Shown piece by piece: positions 1 to 8,201 of a stretch of DNA of 64,000 bases (positions are counted from its first letter, which is position 1; each line of letters starts with the position of its first letter). Location: contig JAJDAL010000006.1 of the NCBI GenBank assembly GCA_029261875.1, positions 120,765-184,764 on the forward strand, read 5' to 3'. Both the position numbers and the translations under genes were made by a program. Under the pieces are notes generated by a model that was not told the DNA's origin, did not search any database, and saw only the letters and a program-made list of their open reading frames with translations. Origin of the DNA: Deltaproteobacteria bacterium (GTDB lineage Bacteria; Myxococcota_A; UBA9160; JAJDAL01).

Positions 1-347
1 TCCGGGCGTCGCAACTGCGCGGCCAAGCGCCCCAGGTTGGGCCCGAGGCCGCCGGTCTGAAAGAACGCGTGGGCGATGGCTTCGATGCGTCCTTTGGGAT
101 CGGCGGGCAAGAGCTTGCCGTGCTTGTCCGCCAGGTGGAAGAGAATCGCGCCGGACTCCCAGATCGCAATGCCATCGTCTTCCAGCACCGGAATCTTGTT
201 GTTCGGATTCATGGACAGGAACGCTTCGGTGAATTGTTCACCGTCGTCGAGCACGACCCGGTTTACCTCATAGGGGAGACCGAGTTCCTCGAGGGCGATG
301 GAAACCTTGCGGCCGTTGGGCGTCGCCGCCGTGTGTAGTCGGATCAT
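1..347 (-). CDS. Glutathione S-transferase family protein, N-terminal thioredoxin-like part (3' end outside window)
   Basis: Runs off the window edge, so it is absent from the ORF track. My minus-strand translation from ATG (347-345) reads MIRLHTAATPNGRKVSIALEELGLPYEVNRVVLDDGEQFTEAFLSMNPNNKIPVLEDDGIAIWESGAILFHLADKHGKLLPADPKGR. This is the classic GST N-domain pattern (NPNNKIPVL, ESGAIL). Confidence 0.8.
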   Translation of the reverse strand, partial: MIRLHTAATPNGRKVSIALEELGLPYEVNRVVLDDGEQFTEAFLSMNPNNKIPVLEDDGIAIWESGAILFHLADKHGKLLPADPKGRIEAIAHAFFQTGGLGPNLGRLAAQLRRP

Positions 348-382
348 GGGGAGGACCTCCGCAGCGGAGCGTAGCACCGGGG

Positions 383-730
383 TCAGGGAGCGGGTGCAAG
401 AATGGCAAGCACCACCAGGCGACCCGGGCCGGTATTGCGAATCCCGTGGGGAACCCCTTCGGGCGCCACGAGCATCACCCCTGCCTCCATCGCCAGCTCC
501 CGGTCTTCGAGTAGGAAGAGGCCCTGTCCTTCGAGGACCTGATACACCTTGTCCATACCCGCGTGGGCGTGAAGCTTGTGCTCCTGGCCAGGCTCGAAGC
601 CATTGAGCCCCACCATCAACCGCTCGGATCGAAACAAGGTGGCCTTCCCCATCTTTTCGGGATTGAAGGCCGCATGCTCTTCGGGTCGGATCGGGCAGGG
701 GTGTTCCATGCCCTGCATGGTATCGCGCAA
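383..730 (-). CDS. Cupin domain protein
   Basis: 115-aa ORF with cupin metal-motif regions GQEHKLHAHAGMDKVYQVLEG and VLVAPEGVPHGIRN. The start could be an internal Met. Confidence 0.75.
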   Translation of the reverse strand: MRDTMQGMEHPCPIRPEEHAAFNPEKMGKATLFRSERLMVGLNGFEPGQEHKLHAHAGMDKVYQVLEGQGLFLLEDRELAMEAGVMLVAPEGVPHGIRNTGPGRLVVLAILAPAP

Positions 731-789
731 ACCAACGCCCTACACGACGTGCGGTATGCTACGCCGCCCCAAAAGTGAAGGAGAGCAGC

Positions 790-1158
790 ATGGGCTTCGT
801 CGCCACGTGTCTCGCCATCGGCCTGGTCGCTGGAACCCTGGGAGGCCTGCTCGGCGTGGGCGGGGGAATCGTGATGGTTCCCGCCTTCCTGCGTTTTCTC
901 GGGCTGCCCGCACAAACCGCCATCGGGACCTCCATGGTGGCGATCATCTTCGTGTCGGTTTCGGCGTCGATCCGACACTACCAATTGGGCAACGTGGATC
1001 TGAAGATTCTCGCCATGGTCGCGCTGGCAACGATCGCGGGCGGCTATCTCGGCGCCTCGCTCGTGGGGTTCCTGTCCGAGAAGGTGCTTCGACTGGTGTT
1101 CGCTTCGTTTCTCCTCTACGTGTCGGTCGACATGTTCGGCAAAGCGATCCGCATGTAG
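790..1158 (+). CDS. TauE/SafE (TSUP, DUF81) family membrane transporter, half-size
   Basis: I replaced the track start 775 (GTG) with ATG 790, which lies 6 nt after GAAGGAG. 122 aa, about 4 hydrophobic helices, TSUP-like LLGVGGGIVMVPAF and IGTS motifs. Confidence 0.75.
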   Translation: MGFVATCLAIGLVAGTLGGLLGVGGGIVMVPAFLRFLGLPAQTAIGTSMVAIIFVSVSASIRHYQLGNVDLKILAMVALATIAGGYLGASLVGFLSEKVLRLVFASFLLYVSVDMFGKAIRM

Positions 1159-1177
1159 ACGCGCAACGCGCGAGCCC

Positions 1178-2653
1178 CTATACGCGTTTTGCGGCTCCGC
1201 CTCGTCGCGAGTCCCCCGCGCCCACGCCACCGGGCACCACGGCGTGGACTCCGCCGAAATACACGTCGCGCCGGGGCCATGGGTTGACGGGTCTGGATTG
1301 CGTTAGCGATGCCAACACCTCGGCGGAATAGCCGGGCTCCATTTGCAATTGGTCTCCATCCCAATGTACCCGCGGCGCCTCGACCGCTCGGGCGAGGGGC
1401 AAATCGAAATCCACCACGGCACTGATGACCTGGAGCATCGCGCTGCGAATCCGCTTGCTCCCGCCGCTCCCCAACACGAGTTCCACGGATCCGTCCTTCA
1501 ACACCACCGAGGGCGACATCATGGACGCAACACGCAACCCGGGCGGACTCGCGTGGAAGCCGTCGGGGTGAAGGTCGTCTTCGCCCATCATGTTGTTGAG
1601 CATCACTCCGATCCCCGGCACCACGTAGCCCGAGCCCTCGCCATTGGATGTCGTCATGCTCGCGACGTTTCCCTTGGAATCGGAAACGCTCACGTGGGTG
1701 GTGCCGCGCGGAAAAGAACGCACGGCACCGCTCCCGGTTTCTACGCGGTGGCGGCGTCGCTCCACCTCCTCCAAGACCTCGGCCAGCGGGTTCAAGTGCG
1801 CAGCGCTGCCGAATGGGACAGCGCCAAAGTCGTGTGCGGCGAGCAGCTCCAGGGAAAGCCCGATCATCGCGCCGCCCAGGGACGGAGGCGGGTTGGTGAG
1901 CAACGTGCGGCCGCGATACGGGATGGCGAGCGGTTCGCGTTCGATCACCTCGTAGGCGCTCAAATCTTCCCGCGTCACCAGACCGTTGCGCTCGCGCATG
2001 TTCGTTTCGATGCGGGTCGCGATTTCTCCTTCGTAGAATTCCCGATCTCCATCCCGGGCCACGGATTCGAGGAAACGCGCCGCATCGGGGTTGACGAGTC
2101 GATCGCCCAGGGCCAGCAAGTCGCCACCCGGCGCATACACTTCGCGACCCGCTGGGTCCAACGTCATGATCGGTCGCAGGAGTTCCAGAAAATAGGCTTG
2201 GTGGGAATTGACCCGGCAACCGTCGCGCGCGAGCTGGATGGCGGGCGCCAACACGTCCGCGAGGCAAGCGCGACCCAGGCGGCGCTGAACGTGAAGAAAA
2301 CCCTTCAGGTTTCCCGGCGTCGCAACGGAACCCAACCCGACGTTGAATTCCTGGTTCGAAGCCGGAAAGCGCACCGTGACCGGGAAGAAGTGCGGCTCGA
2401 GATCACCGGACGCCCTGCCACGCCCCGGTGTGTCGACGAAGAAGTCGAAAAGGCGCGCGGACCCGTCGCTGGGGCGCGCCAGCAGGTAGCCCCCTCCGCC
2501 CAGACTCGTGAGCGCGGGCTCGACCACCGAGGCGGCAAAGCCCGCCGCGATCGCCGCATCGAAGGCGTTGCCGCCCGCGCGCAACAGCGTTGCGGCGGCC
2601 GCACAGACGTCCGGGTGACCGGACGCAACGACCCCGTAGGATTCTTCAGGCAC
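1178..2653 (-). CDS. ggt: Gamma-glutamyltransferase
   Basis: 491 aa. GGT family nucleophile-Thr context PRGTTHVSVSDSKGNVASMTTSNGEGSG, followed by GVMLNNMMGEDDL. Confidence 0.9.
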   Translation of the reverse strand: MPEESYGVVASGHPDVCAAAATLLRAGGNAFDAAIAAGFAASVVEPALTSLGGGGYLLARPSDGSARLFDFFVDTPGRGRASGDLEPHFFPVTVRFPASNQEFNVGLGSVATPGNLKGFLHVQRRLGRACLADVLAPAIQLARDGCRVNSHQAYFLELLRPIMTLDPAGREVYAPGGDLLALGDRLVNPDAARFLESVARDGDREFYEGEIATRIETNMRERNGLVTREDLSAYEVIEREPLAIPYRGRTLLTNPPPSLGGAMIGLSLELLAAHDFGAVPFGSAAHLNPLAEVLEEVERRRHRVETGSGAVRSFPRGTTHVSVSDSKGNVASMTTSNGEGSGYVVPGIGVMLNNMMGEDDLHPDGFHASPPGLRVASMMSPSVVLKDGSVELVLGSGGSKRIRSAMLQVISAVVDFDLPLARAVEAPRVHWDGDQLQMEPGYSAEVLASLTQSRPVNPWPRRDVYFGGVHAVVPGGVGAGDSRRGGAAKRV

Positions 2654-3725
2654 TGCCGGCAGGCGTCGGTTCGTCGAACTCGTCCTCGATCTCCCCCACG
2701 AGTTCTTCGAGAACGTCTTCCAGCGTCACGATGCCGTCGAGCTTGCCGTCGTCTCCGCGCACCACCGCGAGATGCTTGCGACCCCGCCGGAATTGCCGCA
2801 GCGCATCGATCACCAAGGTGTCGGGATGAATCGAAACCGCCGGACGAATCGCGTCCGCGAGAATCACGGCCCCGTATTTCGCGTAGAGATGGAATAGATC
2901 CTTGGTGTGCGCGATCCCCACGATGTGGTCGAGATCGCGATCGTAGACCGGCAGCCGCGTAAAACCGTCTTCGCGCAAGCGATCGAGCAGCGCGTCGGGG
3001 TCGGTTTTCTTCTCGATCGCCATCACCTTGTCGCGGGGGACCATCACGTCGCGAACCCGCGTACGACGAATGCCGAAGACGTTGCCGAGAATCTGTCCGG
3101 TGTATTTTCCGATCTCCCCCACGTCGCTCGCTTCGGAAACCAGCATCTTGAGCTCTTCGGCGGAATGGATGTTGTGGGCCCCTTCGCCGGGATCCACTCC
3201 AAAAGCGCGCACCAACGCAAGCCCCGAGTTGTTCATGGCCACGAGAATGGGGCGGAAGATCCGCGCGAAAATCAACAGGGGGCGCGCGACCAGCAGCGCG
3301 ACCTCGCCGGGCCGATCCAGCGCGACGGCCTTGGGGGCCAGCTCGCCCAGCACGACGTGCAGAAACGTGATCAGTGCGAAGGCGATCACCACGGCGACCG
3401 AATGACTCGCCACCGTGCTCTCGAATCCCGCCAGCGCGAATGCGCCGCCGATCAATTCCGCGAGCGCGGGTTCACCGATCCATCCGAGCGCGAGGCTTGC
3501 GAGGGTAATGCCGAGCTGACAAGCCGCGATGGCGTCGTCGAGGTTCTCTTTGGCGAGGGCGGCGGAGGCCGCGCCGCGGCGGCGCTCTTCGGCCCAAATG
3601 CGGATTTGACTGCGACGGGACGCCACGAGGGCAAACTCGGTGGCGACGAAGTACGCATTGATGAGGACGAGGGCGACTACGGCGAGTAAACCGAACAGGG
3701 TGAAGGCGAACCCTGGACTTTCCAT
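2646..3725 (-). CDS. CNNM/DUF21 transmembrane domain plus CBS-pair protein (TlyC/CorC-like)
   Basis: 359 aa. N-terminal DUF21 helices (INAYFVATEFALVASRRSQI), then a CBS pair (VRDVMVPRDKV, IVGIAHTKDL, GIVTLEDVLEELVGEI). 8-nt overlap with ggt. Confidence 0.85.
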   Translation of the reverse strand: MESPGFAFTLFGLLAVVALVLINAYFVATEFALVASRRSQIRIWAEERRRGAASAALAKENLDDAIAACQLGITLASLALGWIGEPALAELIGGAFALAGFESTVASHSVAVVIAFALITFLHVVLGELAPKAVALDRPGEVALLVARPLLIFARIFRPILVAMNNSGLALVRAFGVDPGEGAHNIHSAEELKMLVSEASDVGEIGKYTGQILGNVFGIRRTRVRDVMVPRDKVMAIEKKTDPDALLDRLREDGFTRLPVYDRDLDHIVGIAHTKDLFHLYAKYGAVILADAIRPAVSIHPDTLVIDALRQFRRGRKHLAVVRGDDGKLDGIVTLEDVLEELVGEIEDEFDEPTPAGSA

Positions 3726-3926
3726 CGAACCCCCAACTTATCCGTGCGGTCGCCGGGAATGGACCCACCGACCCAGAACGCCGGAACAAGCCATCTATCG
3801 GCCGAATATGGGGCCGTGCTGGAGTCTGTTCCGCGGATTCCTATCTAAGCGTGCAGAGGGGGGTCGCCGCAACGCCTTCGCGCCCAGATTCCAAGAATTG
3901 GGTCTTTATCGCCCCGACGGAGCGTG

Positions 3927-4628
3927 TCAGTGGCTGCGGGTGCGCAGGGCCCGGCGTCCCACCAACAGGATTCCGGCACCGAACAGCAGCATCGCGCCCG
4001 GTTCGGGAACCGGAGCTGCAGTGGTCGTCGCACCGATCTGAACGAGTTTCGTCTGGATCAGCGACGTATTGCCCGACCCGCTGTAGCTGTCCAGGAGGTT
4101 GGTGAACTTCAAGGTGACTTCACTGACCGCGAAGGCGGACAGGTCCAGCACCAGGTCTTCCATGATGAAGCCGAACCCGGCGTCGCCGGGAAGTTCGAAG
4201 GCATTCGCGTCGAATGCCCCAACCGCGATCGGCAGATCCGAACCCGTCACGAGTACCTGGACGGATTGGGAGACGCCCGGGGTGCCCGCACCGGAAAGCA
4301 TGTAATCGCCCAAGTGCGACACGGTGATGGTGTCGAGTACCAGGTCCGCGTGAGAGCGCAGGGTAAGGGTCAACTCGCCGTGGGTGGAATCACTGCTGCC
4401 GTTGGCGGAAATCGAGCGGAAGCCGCCCGGCAGGAACATCATGCTGTCGCCAAAGGCCGATGGCGTTCCGAACAGCGGTCCCGCGTCCGTGCTGCTGCTT
4501 TCGGAAACATCCAGGAAGTCGACGCTGGTTCCGAGAAAATCACCGTAGTCCGTGGCCGCTTGGGCGTTCGCCGAAAGAACGAGCGCGAGCGCGAGCAACG
4601 CAACCCGCTGAAATGCGATTCGCAGCAT
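3927..4628 (-). CDS. PEP-CTERM sorting-signal secreted protein
   Basis: 233 aa. Signal peptide (LLALALVLSANAQA) and C-terminal VPEPGAMLLFGAGILLVGRRALRTR. Its ATG overlaps the upstream stop (minus-strand TGATG at 4630-4626). Confidence 0.85.
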   Translation of the reverse strand: MLRIAFQRVALLALALVLSANAQAATDYGDFLGTSVDFLDVSESSSTDAGPLFGTPSAFGDSMMFLPGGFRSISANGSSDSTHGELTLTLRSHADLVLDTITVSHLGDYMLSGAGTPGVSQSVQVLVTGSDLPIAVGAFDANAFELPGDAGFGFIMEDLVLDLSAFAVSEVTLKFTNLLDSYSGSGNTSLIQTKLVQIGATTTAAPVPEPGAMLLFGAGILLVGRRALRTRSH

Positions 4629-5305
4629 CAGGAGTTCCTCCGATTTCGGCCGTAGACCGCCAATCCCAACAACCCGATACCGCCCAGAATCAAGCTCGAA
4701 GGCTCGGGGGTGTGGGTGATTTGAATCGAGTTCTTCTGAATGAACGCGCTGGTTCCCAGGGCACTGGTGGTCTGCAGGTTGTTCTGCAGGCTCATCATCA
4801 CCTGGGTCAGCTGCATGCCGGTGAAGTCGACTTCGATGCTCGAGGTCCAGTTTCCCTGGGTATCACTGACGAGGCTGTACGTGCTCTTGGGCGAGACATC
4901 GAGCATTCCGAAGAAGACACCGGGAAGAATCAAGGTGCCGTTGATGTTCGCGCTGGTCTCCGCACCGCCCTGTCCCGTCAACTCGTAGCTGCCGGTTTCG
5001 ACGATCGTGAGTTTCTCGAGGAAGTTGCCGGGATTCGCGCTCAATACCGAAGTCAGGGTGGAGGTCACCGTTTCGGCACTTCCATTCGATGCGAACGAAG
5101 AGAAATCCAGCGGCGAGAACGAAAGCATGTCCCCACTGATCACCGGCGGGCCAAAGGCCGGGGCCGGGCTCCCGTTTTCCATCACCATCTGGAAGGTCAC
5201 GTTGGCGCCCGCGAAGTCTCCGTAGACGACGGGCGTAGCCTGGGCACCGGGGGAGAGGATCAGCCCCAGTCCAGCCAGAATTATCGCGGCAGCAAATCGC
5301 TTCAT
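4628..5305 (-). CDS. PEP-CTERM sorting-signal secreted protein (paralogue of 3927..4628)
   Basis: ORF 4628..5740 trimmed to Met146 (ATG 5305-5303), where a signal peptide begins (MKRFAAAIILAGLGLILSPGAQA). C-terminal TPEPSSLILGGIGLLGLAVYGRNRR. Both mature chains begin A-T-x(0-2)-YGDF. Confidence 0.85.
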   Translation of the reverse strand: MKRFAAAIILAGLGLILSPGAQATPVVYGDFAGANVTFQMVMENGSPAPAFGPPVISGDMLSFSPLDFSSFASNGSAETVTSTLTSVLSANPGNFLEKLTIVETGSYELTGQGGAETSANINGTLILPGVFFGMLDVSPKSTYSLVSDTQGNWTSSIEVDFTGMQLTQVMMSLQNNLQTTSALGTSAFIQKNSIQITHTPEPSSLILGGIGLLGLAVYGRNRRNS

Positions 5306-5834
5306 CCGATTGTTCCTTGCGCGCGGCGGCGTCAATGCCTGCCGCAAAATGCGATTGGAGGTCTGATCGTGAGTGACCTCGGGAGCCCACAAGGTGACGA
5401 GCCATCTCCCCTGACGGGGCAATCGATGGCGCAGGTCGACGCGGCGGTGAGTTGACCCGGCAACTTGCCGGTTGCTGAGCGGGCGCGGGTGAGCGCCGCG
5501 CTTTTCCCCGGCTGGCCGTACGCTTTCCGAGGCCTCGTCCTTCGAACATCCGTTCGCCCAGTTGTTACGCCCAAGCAACGAAAGCGCGATCTCCCCCGCT
5601 CCCCGGGAGCCATCCGGAGATCCCGCACAGGACTTGGTTTGCGGCTCCCTTCGTTGCGGGGTCTTTCCGCACCCGCACCTGCGACGCGGGGAGTCGCGTT
5701 CTTCTGCCCTCGACGGTGAGTTCGTTTGCGAACGACTCAAGGGGGTTTGCTCACGAACTACTCAGGTTGAACTCAAGCTTAAAGAATCAGGGCGACATAG
5801 GATGGGGCGCCACGGGAAGAAGGTTGCGACGGCG

Positions 5835-7280
5835 ATGGATTTGAAGTTCGGCGAATTTACACTCGACTTGGCGCGCAGGGAATTGCGGCGCGGCGGACGC
5901 AACGTACGTCTACAACCCCGCGTCCTGGACCTGTTGGTCTACCTGGCCCGCAATCGCGAGCGCGTCGTCCCCAAGGTCGAGCTCTTCGACGCGGTCTGGA
6001 AACGCGCCGCGGTCGCCGAAAGTGCGTTGACGTTTGCGGTCAAGGAAGCGCGGCGTTCGGTGGGCGACGACGGCGGGCGACAGCGCGTGATCGAGACCGT
6101 GCGCGGCCGCGGATACCGCTTCATCGCTCCGGTGGTCGAAGGCCTCGGACGCGGTGCAAACGCGACACAACGGGGCGAAGACCCCTTCGTGGGACGCGAC
6201 GCCCTGCTGGGAATCCTGGATCAGGAATTCGCGAAGACCGTCACCACCCACGGACGCGCCGTGCTCCTGACGGGTGAACCCGGAATCGGGAAAACGCGGA
6301 CCCTCACGGAATTTTCCGATCGCGCACGCGCGCGCGGCGCGCGTGTCTTGATGGGCCGCTGCATGAAGGGCGACGGCGTTCCCAACTACTGGCCCTGGGT
6401 TCAGGTCCTGCGGAGTGCGCTGCGAGAACACGTCATCGACCGCGATGCGGACCTCACGCCCGAATGCACCGCAACGCTCGCGCGTTCCCTACCGAATCTG
6501 CGAGAAGATCTGCTGGTGGACGAGAAACCCCTCGAGCCGACGGGACTCTCGGAAGACCAGGTCCGCTTCCGACTCTTCGACCAACTCGTACGCTTGACCC
6601 AACGCGTTTCGATCCGGGAACCGCTGGTCCTCCTGATCGACGACCTCCACTGGGCGGATGCGGAATCCTTGAGCCTGCTCGAGTTCTTCGCCCGCAGTCT
6701 CCAGGAAGCCTCGATGTTGATCGTGTGCGCCTACCGGGATTCCGAACTCGACGACGACGCCGAGCGAGCCCGCATGCTGGGGCGCCTGGCGCGCGTGGAG
6801 GGCACCCGCTCCGTCGTGTTGGACGCGCTGTCGGTCGAAGACGTGGCGCAATACCTGGAGAAGACGACCGGACAAGTCGCCGACGCACATGTGGCGAGCC
6901 TGGTTCACAGTCGAACCGGCGGCAATCCTTTCTTTCTGACCCAGATCTCCGACTCGGCCGACGCACCGCTTTCTCGCGGTGCCCGCGAAGCCGTGCACGA
7001 CCACCTCGAAGGTCTACCCGAAGATTGTCGCGAATTGCTGAGTTTGGCGTCCGTCATCGGCCGGGACTTCGAGATCGCGGTACTCGCCCGGGTCGCCAAG
7101 CTGCCCGTCGACGAAGTTCTCGATGCCATCGAGCCCGCGGTGGCGACACGCACCGTGCGCCAGTTGCGCCCCTTGCGCTTCCGCTTCACCCACGGCGTCA
7201 TCACCGAGGCCCTGGGGGAATCCCTCTCGGCCAGCCAACGCTCGAAGGTGCAAGAGCACACCCGGTCCCGAACGTCCTAG
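5835..7280 (+). CDS. Receiver-less OmpR/PhoB-type winged-helix DNA-binding domain fused to an AAA_16/STAND-type NTPase
   Basis: Lies within ORF 5562..7280. Start at ATG 5835 (alternative ATG 5802). wHTH: VRLQPRVLDLLVYLARNRERVVPKVELFDAVW...RGRGYRF. Walker A GEPGIGKT, Walker B LVLLIDDLHWAD. Confidence 0.8.
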   Translation: MDLKFGEFTLDLARRELRRGGRNVRLQPRVLDLLVYLARNRERVVPKVELFDAVWKRAAVAESALTFAVKEARRSVGDDGGRQRVIETVRGRGYRFIAPVVEGLGRGANATQRGEDPFVGRDALLGILDQEFAKTVTTHGRAVLLTGEPGIGKTRTLTEFSDRARARGARVLMGRCMKGDGVPNYWPWVQVLRSALREHVIDRDADLTPECTATLARSLPNLREDLLVDEKPLEPTGLSEDQVRFRLFDQLVRLTQRVSIREPLVLLIDDLHWADAESLSLLEFFARSLQEASMLIVCAYRDSELDDDAERARMLGRLARVEGTRSVVLDALSVEDVAQYLEKTTGQVADAHVASLVHSRTGGNPFFLTQISDSADAPLSRGAREAVHDHLEGLPEDCRELLSLASVIGRDFEIAVLARVAKLPVDEVLDAIEPAVATRTVRQLRPLRFRFTHGVITEALGESLSASQRSKVQEHTRSRTS

Positions 7281-7289
7281 GGCGAAGCC

Positions 7290-8177
7290 TCAGTCCTTCC
7301 GACCGAGCGCCAAGCGTCCGGACAAGTCGTTGACGAATTGGACCGCCGTGCGCCCGGAGCGGCTACCGCGCCGCAGCGCCCAGCGCAAGGCTTCCGCGCG
7401 CAAGGCTTCGGGCGCCAGGTCGATCCCGGCTTTGGCCGCATAGCGCGCCACGATGGCCAAATAGGTCGCCTGATCGAATCCGTAGAAACCGAGCACGAGT
7501 CCGAAGCGATCCGACAGGGCGAGCTTCTCTTCCACCACCTCGCCCATGTGGAGTTCTCCATCTTCGTCGAGATGCGCGTCGCGGTTGTCCGACGCGCGCT
7601 CGGGAAGCAGGTGGCGCCGATTGCTCGTGGCGATGATGCGAACGTTCTCCGGGGGCGCCTCGAGGCTTCCTTCCAGGGCAGCTTTGAGTTCGCGGAACCC
7701 GCCTTCCCCTTCGTCGAAGGAAAGGTCGTCGCAAAAAATCAAGAAGCGGTAGGGCGCCCCGCGCAGGGCGACGAGGATGTCCGGAAGGTGGAGCAGATCC
7801 GACTTGTGAACCTCCACGAGCCGCAAGCCCGCAGAGGCGAAGCGGCCCAGCAGCCCGCGAACCGCCGAAGACTTCCCGGTCCCACGCTCACCAAAGAGCA
7901 GGACGTGGTTGGCGGGCAGCCCCCGCACGAATTGCTCCGTGTTCCGCGTGAGTTGCCCCAGGGATCCATCCACCCCCACGAGATCCCCCAGGTCGAACGT
8001 TTGGACCAGGCCGACGGGTACGAGTTGCCCCGGCCCCCCCCGCCCATCCCAACGAAACGCAAGGTGGCGCTCGAATACGGTCGGGTCCGGCGGAGCTCCC
8101 GTCACCCGCGCGAGATGGGTCTCACTGAGTGACAACACGCGATTCAGTCGATCCAGCAAGTCGGAAAGGCGTCCCAT
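7290..8177 (-). CDS. DUF815/COG2607-type AAA+ ATPase
   Basis: ORF 7290..9242 trimmed to MGRLSDLL (ATG 8177-8175); the remainder is antisense to the GH31 gene. Walker A GERGTGKSS, Walker B FLIFCDDLSF. Confidence 0.8.
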   Translation of the reverse strand: MGRLSDLLDRLNRVLSLSETHLARVTGAPPDPTVFERHLAFRWDGRGGPGQLVPVGLVQTFDLGDLVGVDGSLGQLTRNTEQFVRGLPANHVLLFGERGTGKSSAVRGLLGRFASAGLRLVEVHKSDLLHLPDILVALRGAPYRFLIFCDDLSFDEGEGGFRELKAALEGSLEAPPENVRIIATSNRRHLLPERASDNRDAHLDEDGELHMGEVVEEKLALSDRFGLVLGFYGFDQATYLAIVARYAAKAGIDLAPEALRAEALRWALRRGSRSGRTAVQFVNDLSGRLALGRKD

Positions 8178-8201
8178 GGAAGCGGATTGTAGACTCGCTT
8201 C

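Noticed and set aside
1343-2962. 539-aa plus-strand ORF (and 1116..2267, 383 aa) across the ggt locus
   Set aside because: These are antisense or out-of-frame shadows of the clearly homologous ggt and CNNM genes. They have an Arg/Gly/Pro-rich, low-complexity composition typical of non-coding frames in high-GC DNA.
5835-8177. wHTH-STAND NTPase plus neighbouring AAA+ ATPase as an Avs or AbiE-like defence pair
   Set aside because: The genes are convergent, not an operon. The STAND protein has a regulator-type OmpR wHTH and no nuclease or effector domain. DUF815 is a widespread housekeeping-context ATPase.
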